Numbered from the stretch's first letter, positions 1-10,018 are shown. The stretch is 64,000 nucleotides of DNA from an uncultured Chloroflexia bacterium (GCA_963748625.1 CAVVJT010000007.1:704001-768000), one strand, 5' to 3'. Numbers and translations: made by a program. Notes: generated by a model from the sequence alone, not told the origin.

Positions 1-1
1 C

Positions 2-826
2 CACAAGCTCGACGCGATCCTCTGCATCGGCGGGAACGGAACCGCCAAGAACTCGCAGCGCCTCGTGGACGCCGGGCTCAACATCGTGATGCTGCCCAAG
101 ACGATCGACAACGACGTGGCCGAGACCGACGCGACGATCGGCTTCGCGACGGCGCTCTCCATCGCGACCGAGGCACTCGACCGGCTCCACAGCACGGCGC
201 ACAGCCACCACCGGATCATCCTGGCCGAGATCATGGGCCACCGCGCCGGCTGGCTCACGCTTGGCGCGGGCATCGCGGGCGGTGCGGACGTGATCCTGAT
301 CCCGGAGATCCCCTACCGGATCGAGTCGGTGGTGGCCGCGATCCAGCGGCGGACCGAATCCGGCACCAACTTCTCCATCATCGCCGTGGCCGAGGGCGCT
401 CGCGACGTGCACGGCGACCGCCACTACCGGTCACTCGCGAAGCGCCGCAGGAATGCCCCCAAGGGCATCGAGCGCGACGCCCTCGACCAGGAGATCGCCT
501 CGCTCGACCGCGATCACACGGGCCACTCCCTGCGCCTCGCCCAGAAGCTCGAGTCCCTCACGGGCCTCGAGACCCGCGTCTCGATCCTGGGCTACGTCCA
601 GCGTGGCGGGACGCCCCACCCGATCGACCGGCTGCTGGGGGCACGCCTCGGCAACGCCGGTGCCGATCTCGTCGCGAAGGGCGAGTTCGGGGTGATGGTG
701 GCGGCCCGCGGCGATCTCACGGAGCCGGTGGAGCTGGCCAAGGTGGCCGCCCGTCTCAACACCGTGCCGCTCGAGCACCCGCTCGTCGCGACGGCGCGCA
801 ACGTCGGCACCTGCCTGGGCGAGTAG
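2..826 (+). CDS. pfkA: 6-phosphofructokinase, 5' end truncated by the window edge
   Basis: Frame open from position 2 (HKLDAILCIGGNGT); motifs PKTIDND, GFATA, EIMGHRAGW, LGYVQRGG. Confidence 0.93.
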   Translation, partial: HKLDAILCIGGNGTAKNSQRLVDAGLNIVMLPKTIDNDVAETDATIGFATALSIATEALDRLHSTAHSHHRIILAEIMGHRAGWLTLGAGIAGGADVILIPEIPYRIESVVAAIQRRTESGTNFSIIAVAEGARDVHGDRHYRSLAKRRRNAPKGIERDALDQEIASLDRDHTGHSLRLAQKLESLTGLETRVSILGYVQRGGTPHPIDRLLGARLGNAGADLVAKGEFGVMVAARGDLTEPVELAKVAARLNTVPLEHPLVATARNVGTCLGE

Positions 827-833
827 GCGCCGC

Positions 834-1106
834 CTAGCCCTCGATCGGCCGGCCCCATTCCTCGCACAGCGAGCGGATCACCACGTCCACGACCTCGTCG
901 GCCGTGCCGGGCATCTCCACGGGCTTGGACCAGGCCCACTTCTCGAGGTACCCGTCCGTGCCGGCCAGGCCATCGCGCATGGCGACCCGGTCGATCTCCT
1001 GAGCGAACCACTCCGGCATCTCGCGGCTGACCCGGCCGCCCTGGCCGTCCTCAGCCTTCACCTGCGCAGGGATGTCCTGCCAGCGCATCACGCGATAGCG
1101 GGCCAC
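834..1106 (-). CDS. Small 'Virulence factor' domain (PF13769-like) protein, function unknown
   Basis: GTG start; YRVMRWQDIPAQV...FAQEIDRVAM...YLEKW pattern typical of this family. Confidence 0.65.
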   Translation of the reverse strand: MARYRVMRWQDIPAQVKAEDGQGGRVSREMPEWFAQEIDRVAMRDGLAGTDGYLEKWAWSKPVEMPGTADEVVDVVIRSLCEEWGRPIEG

Positions 1107-1114
1107 GGCGCGCC

Positions 1115-1426
1115 TCAGGCCTCGACCACGGTCCCGTCCTCGTTCTCGACGAGGAGCGGGGCACCGCGCTCGGCGCGCTTGGCGTTGGCGTAGGCAAGGC
1201 TGCCCTTGTCGCCGGCGGCGACATCGGCGCGGGCGGGGACGACGTTGTTGTAGTAGTCGCGGTGGGCGACATGTCCGAGGACGCAGGTGCCGTCCTCGAG
1301 CGCCCGATTGATGGCGCGCGGGAGCTCGCCCTGCTGCTTCCATCCCTCGCCGTTGTCGATCAGGTGCTGGAGGAAGGCAACCGGGTAGTGGTCCAGGCCA
1401 TCGGCCTCGAGCTGGGGGTCGGTCAC
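1115..1426 (-). CDS. Hypothetical protein (about 103 aa)
   Basis: Protein-like composition from GTG 1426 (MTDPQLEADG...); stop lies 8 bp before the next gene. Confidence 0.6.
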   Translation of the reverse strand: MTDPQLEADGLDHYPVAFLQHLIDNGEGWKQQGELPRAINRALEDGTCVLGHVAHRDYYNNVVPARADVAAGDKGSLAYANAKRAERGAPLLVENEDGTVVEA

Positions 1427-1520
1427 GGGGAGCCCTTTCGTCCGCGGAGATGCAGTGGTGGGGGACGCCTGCTCGCCCGATTGTAGAGCCACCCACACAG
1501 GCCTTGGGTACTCTGGACCC

Positions 1521-2285
1521 ATGCCCCCCGATCCGCAGACCATGGCGTTCCTGTTCGCCGCGGGCGTGGCAGGGGGGATCGTGAGCATCCTGGTGAGCCT
1601 CGCCTCGCTGGTGACCTTTCCGGCCTTGATTGCCGCCGGTCTGCCGCCGGTCGCGGCCAACATGACCAACACCGTCGCCCTGGCCTTCACCGGCGCCGGC
1701 GCCTCCCTCGGCAGCCAGCGAGAGCTCCACGGGCAGCGATCGGACCTCGTGCCGCTCGCGGTCGTGGCCGCCGTGGGCGGCTTGACTGGTGCCGCGCTGC
1801 TGCTGCTCCTGCCGGACCGCTGGTTCGAGCTGGTGGCGCCGGTCCTGGTCGCCGCCGGCTCGGTCCTGCTCCTACTGCAGCCCCAGATCCGGAACCGGAC
1901 GCGATCGGGTCCGGCTGAGCGGACACCGGGCCGCCTGGTCGCCTACTTCCTTGTCACGCTGTACACCGGCTATTTCGGGGCCGCGGGCGGGGTGCTCGCG
2001 CTCGTGGTGCTGGCCACGATGCTCGCCCGGCCGTTCATCGAGATCAACGCCGCCAAGAACGTTCTCGCGGGTGTTGCCAACGGGCTGGCGGCGGTCGTCT
2101 TCGCGCTCTTCGGCCCGGTCGCGTGGTGGTACGTGCTGCCCCTGGCTGGAGGCATGTTCCTCGGTGGCCTCGTGGGGCCCGCGATCGCTCGCCGGATCCC
2201 TGGGGAAGCGCTGCGGATCACCGTCGGGCTGTGCGGGCTGGTGGTGGCACTGGTCCTGGCCCGCGGCGTCTACGGCCTGGCGTAG
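1521..2285 (+). CDS. TauE/SafE family sulfite exporter-like membrane protein
   Basis: About 8 hydrophobic segments; LVTFPAL, AANMTN, YTGYFGAAGG motifs; TACTCT 6 bp before ATG. Confidence 0.85.
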   Translation: MPPDPQTMAFLFAAGVAGGIVSILVSLASLVTFPALIAAGLPPVAANMTNTVALAFTGAGASLGSQRELHGQRSDLVPLAVVAAVGGLTGAALLLLLPDRWFELVAPVLVAAGSVLLLLQPQIRNRTRSGPAERTPGRLVAYFLVTLYTGYFGAAGGVLALVVLATMLARPFIEINAAKNVLAGVANGLAAVVFALFGPVAWWYVLPLAGGMFLGGLVGPAIARRIPGEALRITVGLCGLVVALVLARGVYGLA

Positions 2286-2294
2286 GGACCCCCA

Positions 2295-2951
2295 TCAGGG
2301 GGCCGGCGGTTCCCCGATCCCGGGCGATGCCGCGTCGTCGCCGCCGACGCCGGTGAGCCAGCCCTGCCGCGTCGCGAAGCGTGCCAGCTGGGTGCGGTTG
2401 TCCACCCCGTAGCGGTCGAACAGGCGTCGGATCATGCCCTCGATGGTCTTGACCCGGAGCCCCAGCTCACGCGCCAACTTCTCGTTCTGGGCACCCTCGG
2501 CGAGGAGGACGAGCAGCTGGTGCTCGCGCTCGGTCGGTGGACGGGGGGCGCGCTTGGCGCTTTCGATCACGCTGGCCGGGAACCAGGTCCCGCCGGACGC
2601 GACATGGTGCAGCGCTTGTCCGATGGCCTCCGCGTCCACGGTCTTGGGCAGCAGGCCGGCTGCCCCGCCGCGCAGCGCCCGCGCATGGTGGGCCGGGTAG
2701 TCGAAGGCGGTGTACATCAGGAACCGGGCACTGGCGCCATGCCGCTCGAGGAGGTCGAAACCGCCGTCCCGGCCACCGAGCATCACATCGCAGAGGACGA
2801 CATCCGGGACAAGGTCCCCGATCAGCCGGTCCGCCGTGTCCACGTCCGACGCCGTGCCGACAACACGCACATCAGGACCCGCGAGCAGCACGGCCAGGCC
2901 CTGCGCGATGGCCGTGTGGTCCTCGACGATCACCAGTCGTGTCATTCGCAT
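2295..2951 (-). CDS. NarL/FixJ family response regulator (REC plus LuxR HTH), no adjacent kinase
   Basis: IVEDH, VVLCDVML, LLPK receiver motifs; C-terminal TEREHQLL...NRTQL helix-turn-helix. Confidence 0.88.
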   Translation of the reverse strand: MRMTRLVIVEDHTAIAQGLAVLLAGPDVRVVGTASDVDTADRLIGDLVPDVVLCDVMLGGRDGGFDLLERHGASARFLMYTAFDYPAHHARALRGGAAGLLPKTVDAEAIGQALHHVASGGTWFPASVIESAKRAPRPPTEREHQLLVLLAEGAQNEKLARELGLRVKTIEGMIRRLFDRYGVDNRTQLARFATRQGWLTGVGGDDAASPGIGEPPAP

Positions 2952-3153
2952 GGCCTCAACTCAGCACGTCCCCCCACGTTGGGCGGGCACCACGATACTG
3001 CCTCGCCATCGCAGGGTGGATGCACCGTTGCGGCCGGAGGAGCGCCGCGGCGGCCCTGTCCGATCCGCGCGGGTCACATCAGCGAACATGTCATCGGGTG
3101 GCTGGTCCGTCCCAGCTGTCCCGCTTGCCCACCGCCGTCCCCGAGGAGCCCCC

Positions 3154-3345
3154 ATGCGCACATCCCGCCTGTTCATCGCCCTGCTCGCGGCCATCGTTGG
3201 CGGCATCTGGCTGGGCCAGGGGTTGGGCTACATCGGCGGCAGCTTCATGACCGGGTCGGCGTTCTGGGCAGTGGTCGGGGTGGTGCTGCTGGTGCTGGCC
3301 GCGCTGCTGGTCGTGGCCGAGGTGCGTCGCCGGCCCCGGGCCTGA
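3154..3345 (+). CDS. Small two-TM membrane protein (63 aa)
   Basis: GAGGAG RBS; IWLGQGLGYIGGSFMTGSAFW between two hydrophobic helices. Confidence 0.75.
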   Translation: MRTSRLFIALLAAIVGGIWLGQGLGYIGGSFMTGSAFWAVVGVVLLVLAALLVVAEVRRRPRA

Positions 3346-3384
3346 TACCCGACACCGAGGGTGGTCCCGGTATCCCGGGAATCA

Positions 3385-3414
3385 GAAAGGGACGGTCCGA
3401 GGACCGTCCCTTTC
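3385..3414. terminator. Probable bidirectional intrinsic terminator
   Basis: Perfect inverted repeat GAAAGGGACGGTCC-GA-GGACCGTCCCTTTC between convergent genes. Confidence 0.8.
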
Positions 3415-3427
3415 GAGCAAGTCGAGG

Positions 3428-3787
3428 CTAGCTGAGGAGCTTGGCCTTGAGCTTCTCGTACTCCGGAACGGTGATCGCGCCGGCGTCCTTGAGCTGGGTG
3501 AGCTTGGCGAGCTCGTCGGCCGTGGAGACCTGGGCGGCAGCGCCGGCGGCGGCCTCAGCCTGGGCGAGCTGGCGGACGTCCTGGGCGGTGACCTTCGGCC
3601 GGGCGATCATGTAGATCAGGCAGCCGAGCAGCGGCAGGAAGAACATGAAGAGGATCCAGAAGGCCTTCATGCCACCGCCGAGGTCCTCGCGCCGGAACGT
3701 GTCCGTCAAGCACGAGAACCAGATCATGAGGGCCATCACGAAGAAGAAGATGACCAGCATGCTCCAGAAGAAGTCCCAGAGATTCAT
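3428..3787 (-). CDS. PLDc_N plus SHOCT domain membrane protein
   Basis: DTFRREDLGGGMKAFW...LPLLGCLIYMIARP; C-terminal ADELAKLTQLKDAGAITVPEYEKLKAKLL. Confidence 0.85.
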   Translation of the reverse strand: MNLWDFFWSMLVIFFFVMALMIWFSCLTDTFRREDLGGGMKAFWILFMFFLPLLGCLIYMIARPKVTAQDVRQLAQAEAAAGAAAQVSTADELAKLTQLKDAGAITVPEYEKLKAKLLS

Positions 3788-3884
3788 TCCTACCCTCAGT
3801 ACTACGGTTGTAGACAGTTCCCTCACGTGGGGCATGTGCCCCACATCCGGGGGGTATTGTGCCGTATCCGGCGGGTCTCGGGCG

Positions 3885-3901
3885 TCACCCTAAACGGACC
3901 A
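3885..3901 (-). promoter_or_regulatory. Candidate activator box, site 1
   Basis: TCACCC-TAAAC-GGACCA; CACAAT on the minus strand 23 bp toward the SHOCT gene. Confidence 0.5.
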
Positions 3902-3939
3902 TCCCGCGCGTGCGGCCCCGAGCGGGCGCACTCCCGCGT

Positions 3940-4428
3940 CTAGCGGGGACCCAGCAGCCCGGTCACAAGCGCCCTGGCGACGGCGACGTCCGGCTCCTCG
4001 GCGTCCGTGTCGTAGGTGCGCTTGCCGCCCGCCGTCTCGAGCGTGATGTGCAGGTACTCCTGCTCGATGTCGTCGTCCGTGCCCACGCTGCGCGACTTGC
4101 GGTCCACCTTCAGCACGCGGATCTCCGGGGGAGCGAAGGCGACGTTGGCTGCGGTCTCGGCAAGGATCGCGTCCGGGTCCCAGCCCGCGTAGTGCTGGCC
4201 GAAGCGGTTCGACGCCTTGATCTGGGCCCCGATCTGCCCGAGAAAGCCGGAGCCGCCAGCCTTGGCCGCAGCGCGGGAACGCGCGATCTCGGCATCCACG
4301 AGCTCCTTGCGCGCCTCGGCGAGGATCAGGCGGTACGAGGTGAACACCAGCGTGTACGCCTTGCTGGAGAAGAACCCGGTCTTCGTGCGCGCCATCGGGA
4401 TGATCCCGACGATCTGCTCACCCTGCAT
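3940..4428 (-). CDS. Hypothetical protein
   Basis: 162 aa ORF with GGAGGT RBS and normal composition. Confidence 0.7.
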   Translation of the reverse strand: MQGEQIVGIIPMARTKTGFFSSKAYTLVFTSYRLILAEARKELVDAEIARSRAAAKAGGSGFLGQIGAQIKASNRFGQHYAGWDPDAILAETAANVAFAPPEIRVLKVDRKSRSVGTDDDIEQEYLHITLETAGGKRTYDTDAEEPDVAVARALVTGLLGPR

Positions 4429-4609
4429 CGATCACCTCCAATCACCTGTCGGGCCAGCGTTCCAGGTCCCTCCCGGCGATGGTCCGCCTCGCATCACGGG
4501 TGGGACAAGGGACCCTCGGCACGTTCAGGGTGTCGCGGCGGCCTGCGCGCGCCATCCCTCGCCCGCTACCGTGCACCCGGCAGGACCAGTACAGGGAGGG
4601 ACGACCCAC

Positions 4610-5632
4610 GTGGAGCACAACCCGGGCCTCACCGCCCATGACCCAGCGACAGGCAAGCTGATCGACGCACGCCAGTCCCTGGGTCCAGCCGTCCTCGACG
4701 ACCTGTTCCCCGACGAGAGGGGCTTCCGCCGGTCCATCGTCACGTACACCGTCCTGCTGGCGCTCGCAGGCCTCATTGCCGCATTCGGCCTCTACCAGGA
4801 CTCGGTCGCGTCGATCATCGGCGCGATGGTGGTGGCACCGCTCGGCGGCGCGATCATGGCGCTCGCGGGAGCGCTCGTGTCGGGCAGGATGCGCTGGCAG
4901 GGCATCGCGCTCGCGCAGGTGGGCCTGGGCGCCCTGCTCGTGGTGGCCATCGGGTATCTCGTGTCCTGGGTGATCCCCAACCCGCTGACCCTCACGCCCT
5001 CGCTCGAGGCCCGGACGTCGCCGGGGCTGCTCGACCTCGGGGTGGCCCTCGCCGCGGGCGCCGCGGGCGCCTTCGTCACGGCACGCCGGACCGGGAGCGA
5101 CGCCCTCCCGGGCGTCGCCATCGCCGTGTCCCTGGTGCCGCCCCTGGCAACCGTCGGCATCTGCCTCGAGCTTGGCCGCACGTCCGACGCGGGTGGCGCG
5201 ATGCTGCTGTTCCTCACCAACTTCTCGGCAATCGTGGTCGTCGCCTGCATCGTGTTCCTGCTCGCCGGCACCGCACCCAGCCGGGACCAGCTGCGGGAGC
5301 GCCGACGGCTGCGATTGGGCTTCACGCTGGCGGTCGTCCTGATGGTGCTGGCCGCGGTCCCGCTCGCCTGGACCTCGGCCGATGTCGTCAACTCGATCGT
5401 CCGCTCCGGGCAGGGCCAGCCGGCCGTCGCCGAGTGGGCGCGGAGCCAGGACCTGGAGGTCGCGGGCTACGCGATCGCCGGAACGAGCGTCACGCTCGAT
5501 GTGCGCGGGCCGACAGCCCCGTCGGGCACGGAGGAGCTGGCGCAGGCGCTTGCTGCCGCATTCGGGGCCGCCGTCTCGCTCGAGGTGGACTACACGCCGA
5601 TGACCGAGCAGGTCACATCTGCGAACCCGTGA
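4610..5632 (+). CDS. DUF389 family membrane protein
   Basis: IIGAMVVAPL, RTSPGLLDLGVALAAG, ALPGVAIAVSLVPPL, LFLTN motifs; GGAGG upstream of GTG. Confidence 0.88.
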   Translation: MEHNPGLTAHDPATGKLIDARQSLGPAVLDDLFPDERGFRRSIVTYTVLLALAGLIAAFGLYQDSVASIIGAMVVAPLGGAIMALAGALVSGRMRWQGIALAQVGLGALLVVAIGYLVSWVIPNPLTLTPSLEARTSPGLLDLGVALAAGAAGAFVTARRTGSDALPGVAIAVSLVPPLATVGICLELGRTSDAGGAMLLFLTNFSAIVVVACIVFLLAGTAPSRDQLRERRRLRLGFTLAVVLMVLAAVPLAWTSADVVNSIVRSGQGQPAVAEWARSQDLEVAGYAIAGTSVTLDVRGPTAPSGTEELAQALAAAFGAAVSLEVDYTPMTEQVTSANP

Positions 5633-5656
5633 CGCCCGGGAGCGTCGGCCGCCGCC

Positions 5657-7237
5657 TCAGAGCTGCTTGTAGCGCGGACCCTCGCCGCCTTCCGGCGGCA
5701 CCCACTTGATCACGTCCTCAGGGCACTTGACCGTGCAGGTCATGCAGTGGAGGCAGTTCGAGGGCGACAGCACCACCTCCGAGCCGCTCCAGCGGTAGAC
5801 CTGGCCCGGGCAGAAGTGGGTGCACGAGTTCGCGTAGTCCGCCTCGCAGGAGATGCACTTCGACGGGTCCGTGATCTCGATGTGGGACGGCTCGTCCTCG
5901 CGGTGCAGCGTGCCGGTCAGGGCCACGAACGTGGCGCCGTCCATCCGGCCCGGGTCCGCACGGTTGAGCCGGGCACCCTTCTTCGTGGCGTCGCCGTCCT
6001 TGTGGATGCTGAGCCGTGCCGGGATCTTCGACTGCACCAGCGAGAGCGGCGTGCCCATGTACAGGCCGAACTTGAAGACCTGGCGGTAGTTCCGCGCGTG
6101 GCGGAGCTCGCCCAGCATCCCGTTCGCCTCGAGGCGCTCCTGGTACCCGTCGAGGGCGCCGATTGCGCCGCTCGCGCCCAGCGCGTCCACCGCGGTCTCG
6201 GCCGCGGCGATGCCGGAGCGCATCCCGTAGTGGATGCCCTTGATCTTCTCCATGTTGACGAAGCCGGCCGCGTCGCCCGCGATCATCGCGCCCGGCGCCG
6301 AGAGCGCGCCGATCGACTCGATGCCGCCCTCGGGGATGGTCTTCGCGCCGGTGGCCACGGTCACGCCACCCTTGAGCATGCGGCTGATGAACGGATGTGC
6401 CCGATAGACCTCGAACTCGCGCTGCGGATTGAGGTCGCCGTACTTCCAGTCCAGGCCCAGGATGAGACCGACCGCGACGGTCTTCTCGCTCATCGCGTAC
6501 ATGAAGCCGCCACCGAAGACGTTGGGCGGGAGCGGGTAGCCCAGGGTGTGCGCGACGCGGTTGGCGCCGAACGGGCTTGCCTCCGGGAACTGGACGATCG
6601 CCTTCATGCCCAGGGAGAAGACCTTGGGGATGGCGCCGGCCCCGAAGCGGTCGGCGAACTCCACCGACAGCACGCCGTGCGTGCCGTCGGCGAGGATCGT
6701 GACCGCCGCGCGGACCTCCTCGGCCGGGAGGTGGTTGCCCTTGGGAGCCCCGTCCTGGCCCAGGCCCACCTCGGCGAGGCGCACGCCCCGCACGGCCCCG
6801 TCCTCCACGATCAGCGTCCGGGCGCTGTAGCCGTGGTAGAGCTCCACGCCGAGGGCTTCCGCCTGCTCGGCGAGGAAGGCGGTGAGCCGCGAGATGGAGA
6901 CGATGATGTCGCCGCCATGGTGCATCCGCGACGGGACGACCTTGGGCGGGATCCGGTTGGCCGCGCCCTTGCGCAGGAAGTACATGTCGTCGTGCTCGAC
7001 CGGGACGACCGCCGCCGTGAACGGGTGGCGGATGTCCTTCCAGCCGGGCAGGAGGTCCTCGAGGACCGCCGGCTCGAACGCTGCGCCCGAGAGCGTGTGG
7101 TTGCCCGCGGCAGGCGCCTTGTCGAGCACCGCGACCGAGATGTCACGGCCGGCGGCCTTGGCCTGCTGCCGGGCCTTGATCGCAGCGGCGAGGCCGGCCG
7201 GGCCGGCGCCCACGATGAGGATGTCGATGCCGTCCAT
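5657..7237 (-). CDS. ETF:quinone oxidoreductase (FixC-FixX-like flavoprotein with C-terminal ferredoxin domain)
   Basis: GAGPAG, GNHTLSGA, TIPEGG, GDAAGFVN..KIKGIH; C-terminal CISC..CTHFCP and CLHCMTCTVKCP, WVPPEGGEGP. Confidence 0.9.
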   Translation of the reverse strand: MDGIDILIVGAGPAGLAAAIKARQQAKAAGRDISVAVLDKAPAAGNHTLSGAAFEPAVLEDLLPGWKDIRHPFTAAVVPVEHDDMYFLRKGAANRIPPKVVPSRMHHGGDIIVSISRLTAFLAEQAEALGVELYHGYSARTLIVEDGAVRGVRLAEVGLGQDGAPKGNHLPAEEVRAAVTILADGTHGVLSVEFADRFGAGAIPKVFSLGMKAIVQFPEASPFGANRVAHTLGYPLPPNVFGGGFMYAMSEKTVAVGLILGLDWKYGDLNPQREFEVYRAHPFISRMLKGGVTVATGAKTIPEGGIESIGALSAPGAMIAGDAAGFVNMEKIKGIHYGMRSGIAAAETAVDALGASGAIGALDGYQERLEANGMLGELRHARNYRQVFKFGLYMGTPLSLVQSKIPARLSIHKDGDATKKGARLNRADPGRMDGATFVALTGTLHREDEPSHIEITDPSKCISCEADYANSCTHFCPGQVYRWSGSEVVLSPSNCLHCMTCTVKCPEDVIKWVPPEGGEGPRYKQL

Positions 7238-9129
7238 CAGTTCGCCTCCTTCGCCGCCTTGACGAGCTGCGGGACCACCGTCTCGAGGTCGCCGACGACG
7301 CCGAAGTCCGCGTAGTTGAAGATCCGCGCCCGCGGATCCTTGTTGATCGCGATGACCGTGTCCGACATCTGCATGCCCGACACGTGCTGCACGGCACCGG
7401 AGATGCCGACGGCCACGTAGAGCCGGGGCGCCACGGTCTGGCCGGTCTGGCCCACCTGGTAGTCGTGGGTCTTGAAGCCGTCCTCCACCGCGTGGCGGGA
7501 GGCGGCGACCTCGACGCCGTCACCGAGGAGGCCGGTCAGCGCCTCGGCCAGCGGGTTGAGGAAGCGGTCGAAGTCCGCCTTGTTGCGGATGCCGTGCCCG
7601 CCCGCGACGATGATCTTGGCCCCGTGGAGGTCCACCTTGGACACGAACGAGTCCACCGGGGTGATCCGGATGCCGTCGGCCGAGTCGCCGAGATCCGGGG
7701 TCACATGGATGACCTCGCCGGTGCGCGTGTCGTCGCGCGGCGGGATCTTGAACACGCCAGGCCGGACCGTCGCCATCTGCGTGGGCGAGTCCTTGGTCAT
7801 GATCGTGGCCATGATGTTGCCGCCGAGGGCCGGGCGGGTCTGCTTGAGGATGGCGACCAGGCTCTGGCCGCCCTTCTGGTAGTCGCCGATCTCGAGCTTG
7901 GTGCAGTCCGCGGTGAGCCCGGAGTCACAGGCGTACGCGATGCGCGGGGCGAGCTCGCGGCCCATCGGGGTGGCGCCGAAGAGCATCACCTGCGGCTTGT
8001 GCTCCCGGACGATCGGCGCGATGGCGGCGCGGAAGGGCCGCGGGGAGAACTGGGCCAGCTGCGGATGCTCGATGACGTAGACGATGTCCGCGCCGTGGGC
8101 GATGAGCTCGGCGGGCAGGTTGCCGGCCTCGGCACAAGGCAGCACCACGGCGACCTTCTCGCCCAGGAACTGCGCCAGCTCGCGTGACTTGCCCAGGAGC
8201 TCCAGGCTGATCGACTTGATGCCGTCGCCCTCGCGCTCGGCGAGGACCCAGAAGCCTCCCTTGTAGGTGGGCTCGCGCCCCTCGAGCTGGTAGGCGCCCT
8301 CCTCGTGGACGGCGGGGCCGCCGGTGGCGAGGCGGTACTTGGCCTTCACCTTCGCGACGAGCGCCGCCGGGTCGGCGACCATCTCGCAGGTCTTCGCGCG
8401 ATCCTCGGACGGCGAGAAGATGCGGTAGACGGTGGTCCGCGAGCCCTTGATGCCCACCTTGTCCGGGGCGGCCTCAACGTCCGCCGCGCTCCACGTGTGG
8501 ATCGTGGCGGTCCGGGCGGCGCGCGCGGCCTCGAACGAGCGGTAGAGGGTGTCCGTGCAGGCGGTCACGGTGACGAGGGCCGGGAAGCGGACCGGGACCA
8601 CGTCCTCGGTGCCCTCGGCGCCGATGCGCCGGAAGACCAGCTCCGGATCGGTGTGGACGTCCTGTGCGTACGCGACCTGGTCGATACCGAGGTCTTCCGC
8701 GATCTGCGGCGGGACCTGCGCGGTGTCGCCGTCCACGGACTGCATGCCGGTGACGATCAGGTAGTCCTTGGAGCCGCCGAAGAGCTCGCGCTCGATGCGC
8801 CGGATGCCCTGCGCCAGCGAGTACGCCGTGGCGACGGTGTCCGCGCCGCCCATCACACGATCGGTCAGGAGGACCGCCTCGCCGGGCGCCCGCGAGATGC
8901 ACTCCGCGAGCATCTCCTTCGCCTGGGGCGGGCCCATCGTGAGGTACACCGTCCGGGCATCGGGATCGGACGCGGTGATCCGCTTGGCGAACGTCAGCGC
9001 GTGGAGGTCAAGGGGGTTCAGGATGCTGTCGAGCAGCGCGCGCCGGAGCGTGCCCTTCTCGCGATCCCACGCATCCTCCGGGATGTTGCTGACATCCGGG
9101 ACCTGCTTCACGAGGACGATGCAGTGCAT
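7237..9129 (-). CDS. Fused electron transfer flavoprotein beta-alpha subunits
   Basis: Beta motifs VKQVPD, NPLD, GGADTVAT, QSVDGDTAQV, then alpha motifs LTADCT, QVGQTG, GISGAVQHVSGM, AINKD in one frame. Confidence 0.92.
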   Translation of the reverse strand: MHCIVLVKQVPDVSNIPEDAWDREKGTLRRALLDSILNPLDLHALTFAKRITASDPDARTVYLTMGPPQAKEMLAECISRAPGEAVLLTDRVMGGADTVATAYSLAQGIRRIERELFGGSKDYLIVTGMQSVDGDTAQVPPQIAEDLGIDQVAYAQDVHTDPELVFRRIGAEGTEDVVPVRFPALVTVTACTDTLYRSFEAARAARTATIHTWSAADVEAAPDKVGIKGSRTTVYRIFSPSEDRAKTCEMVADPAALVAKVKAKYRLATGGPAVHEEGAYQLEGREPTYKGGFWVLAEREGDGIKSISLELLGKSRELAQFLGEKVAVVLPCAEAGNLPAELIAHGADIVYVIEHPQLAQFSPRPFRAAIAPIVREHKPQVMLFGATPMGRELAPRIAYACDSGLTADCTKLEIGDYQKGGQSLVAILKQTRPALGGNIMATIMTKDSPTQMATVRPGVFKIPPRDDTRTGEVIHVTPDLGDSADGIRITPVDSFVSKVDLHGAKIIVAGGHGIRNKADFDRFLNPLAEALTGLLGDGVEVAASRHAVEDGFKTHDYQVGQTGQTVAPRLYVAVGISGAVQHVSGMQMSDTVIAINKDPRARIFNYADFGVVGDLETVVPQLVKAAKEAN

Positions 9130-9517
9130 ACAACCTACCGGCGTGGCGTGCGGGCGGCGGGACCAGTCCCCGTCGTTGCCGCTCGTGGTGCGGGAGGCAG
9201 GCTGCCGCCGGATGGTGCGCACCTTCGGGAGGACGCCCGACACCGATGGCAGGCCACACGAACCCGCACCGGAATGGTAGGCAACCGGTCAGGACTCCGG
9301 GCGGGCCATTGGTCCCGCAACCGGGGTGCCCGCGTCCGGCGGGGACGGGTACGGAGGCACCCGCAACCGGGCGGTCCGGGAGGGCGGCGGACGCGCACGA
9401 CAGGCCACCCTTGGGACCGCCGGCCCTGCCGCAGCCCGCGGCGTGCGTCTAGCCTCCCTCCATCGGCGCCTTGCGGATCTCGCCGGACGGCGCCCCATGC
9501 AAAGGGAGGCTTCAACC

Positions 9518-9997
9518 ATGCCCACGGTCGCCGAGGCGACGACGGACTTCCTCGCCCAGCGGCGCATCGCCGTCGCAGGCGTGTCGCGCCAGAAGGGAGG
9601 CGCTCATGGCGGCAACGTCATCTACCAGCGCCTCAAGGACCGCGGCTACGAGGTCTTCCCGGTCAACCCCAACGCTGACACCGTGGAAGGGGACCCGTGC
9701 TTCCGCAGCCTCGATGCCATCCCCGGCGGGGTTGACGCCGTCGTGATCGCCACGGCGCCCGGTGCCGCCCACGCGGTCGTCGCGGACTGCGTGCGGCTTG
9801 GCATCACCCGCGCCTGGATGCACCGCTCATTCGGGGGCGGATCCGTCTCGAACGAGGCGGCGGAGGCTGGACGCGCGGGCGGCATGACCGTCATCGAGGG
9901 CGGCTGCCCGCTCATGTTCGATCCGACCGCCGATGTCGCGCACAAGTGCATGAAGTGGGTCCTGGGGCTCACGAAGGCGAAGCCGACGGCGGGCTGA
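9518..9997 (+). CDS. CoA-binding domain protein (YccU-like)
   Basis: IAVAGVSR, YEVFPVNP, GCPLM; GGAGG RBS. Confidence 0.87.
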   Translation: MPTVAEATTDFLAQRRIAVAGVSRQKGGAHGGNVIYQRLKDRGYEVFPVNPNADTVEGDPCFRSLDAIPGGVDAVVIATAPGAAHAVVADCVRLGITRAWMHRSFGGGSVSNEAAEAGRAGGMTVIEGGCPLMFDPTADVAHKCMKWVLGLTKAKPTAG

Positions 9998-10018
9998 GCG
10001 ACTCTGCACGTCGCGGAG

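Noticed and set aside
834-1106. Virulence function
   Set aside because: Only a domain name; nothing in the context supports pathogenicity
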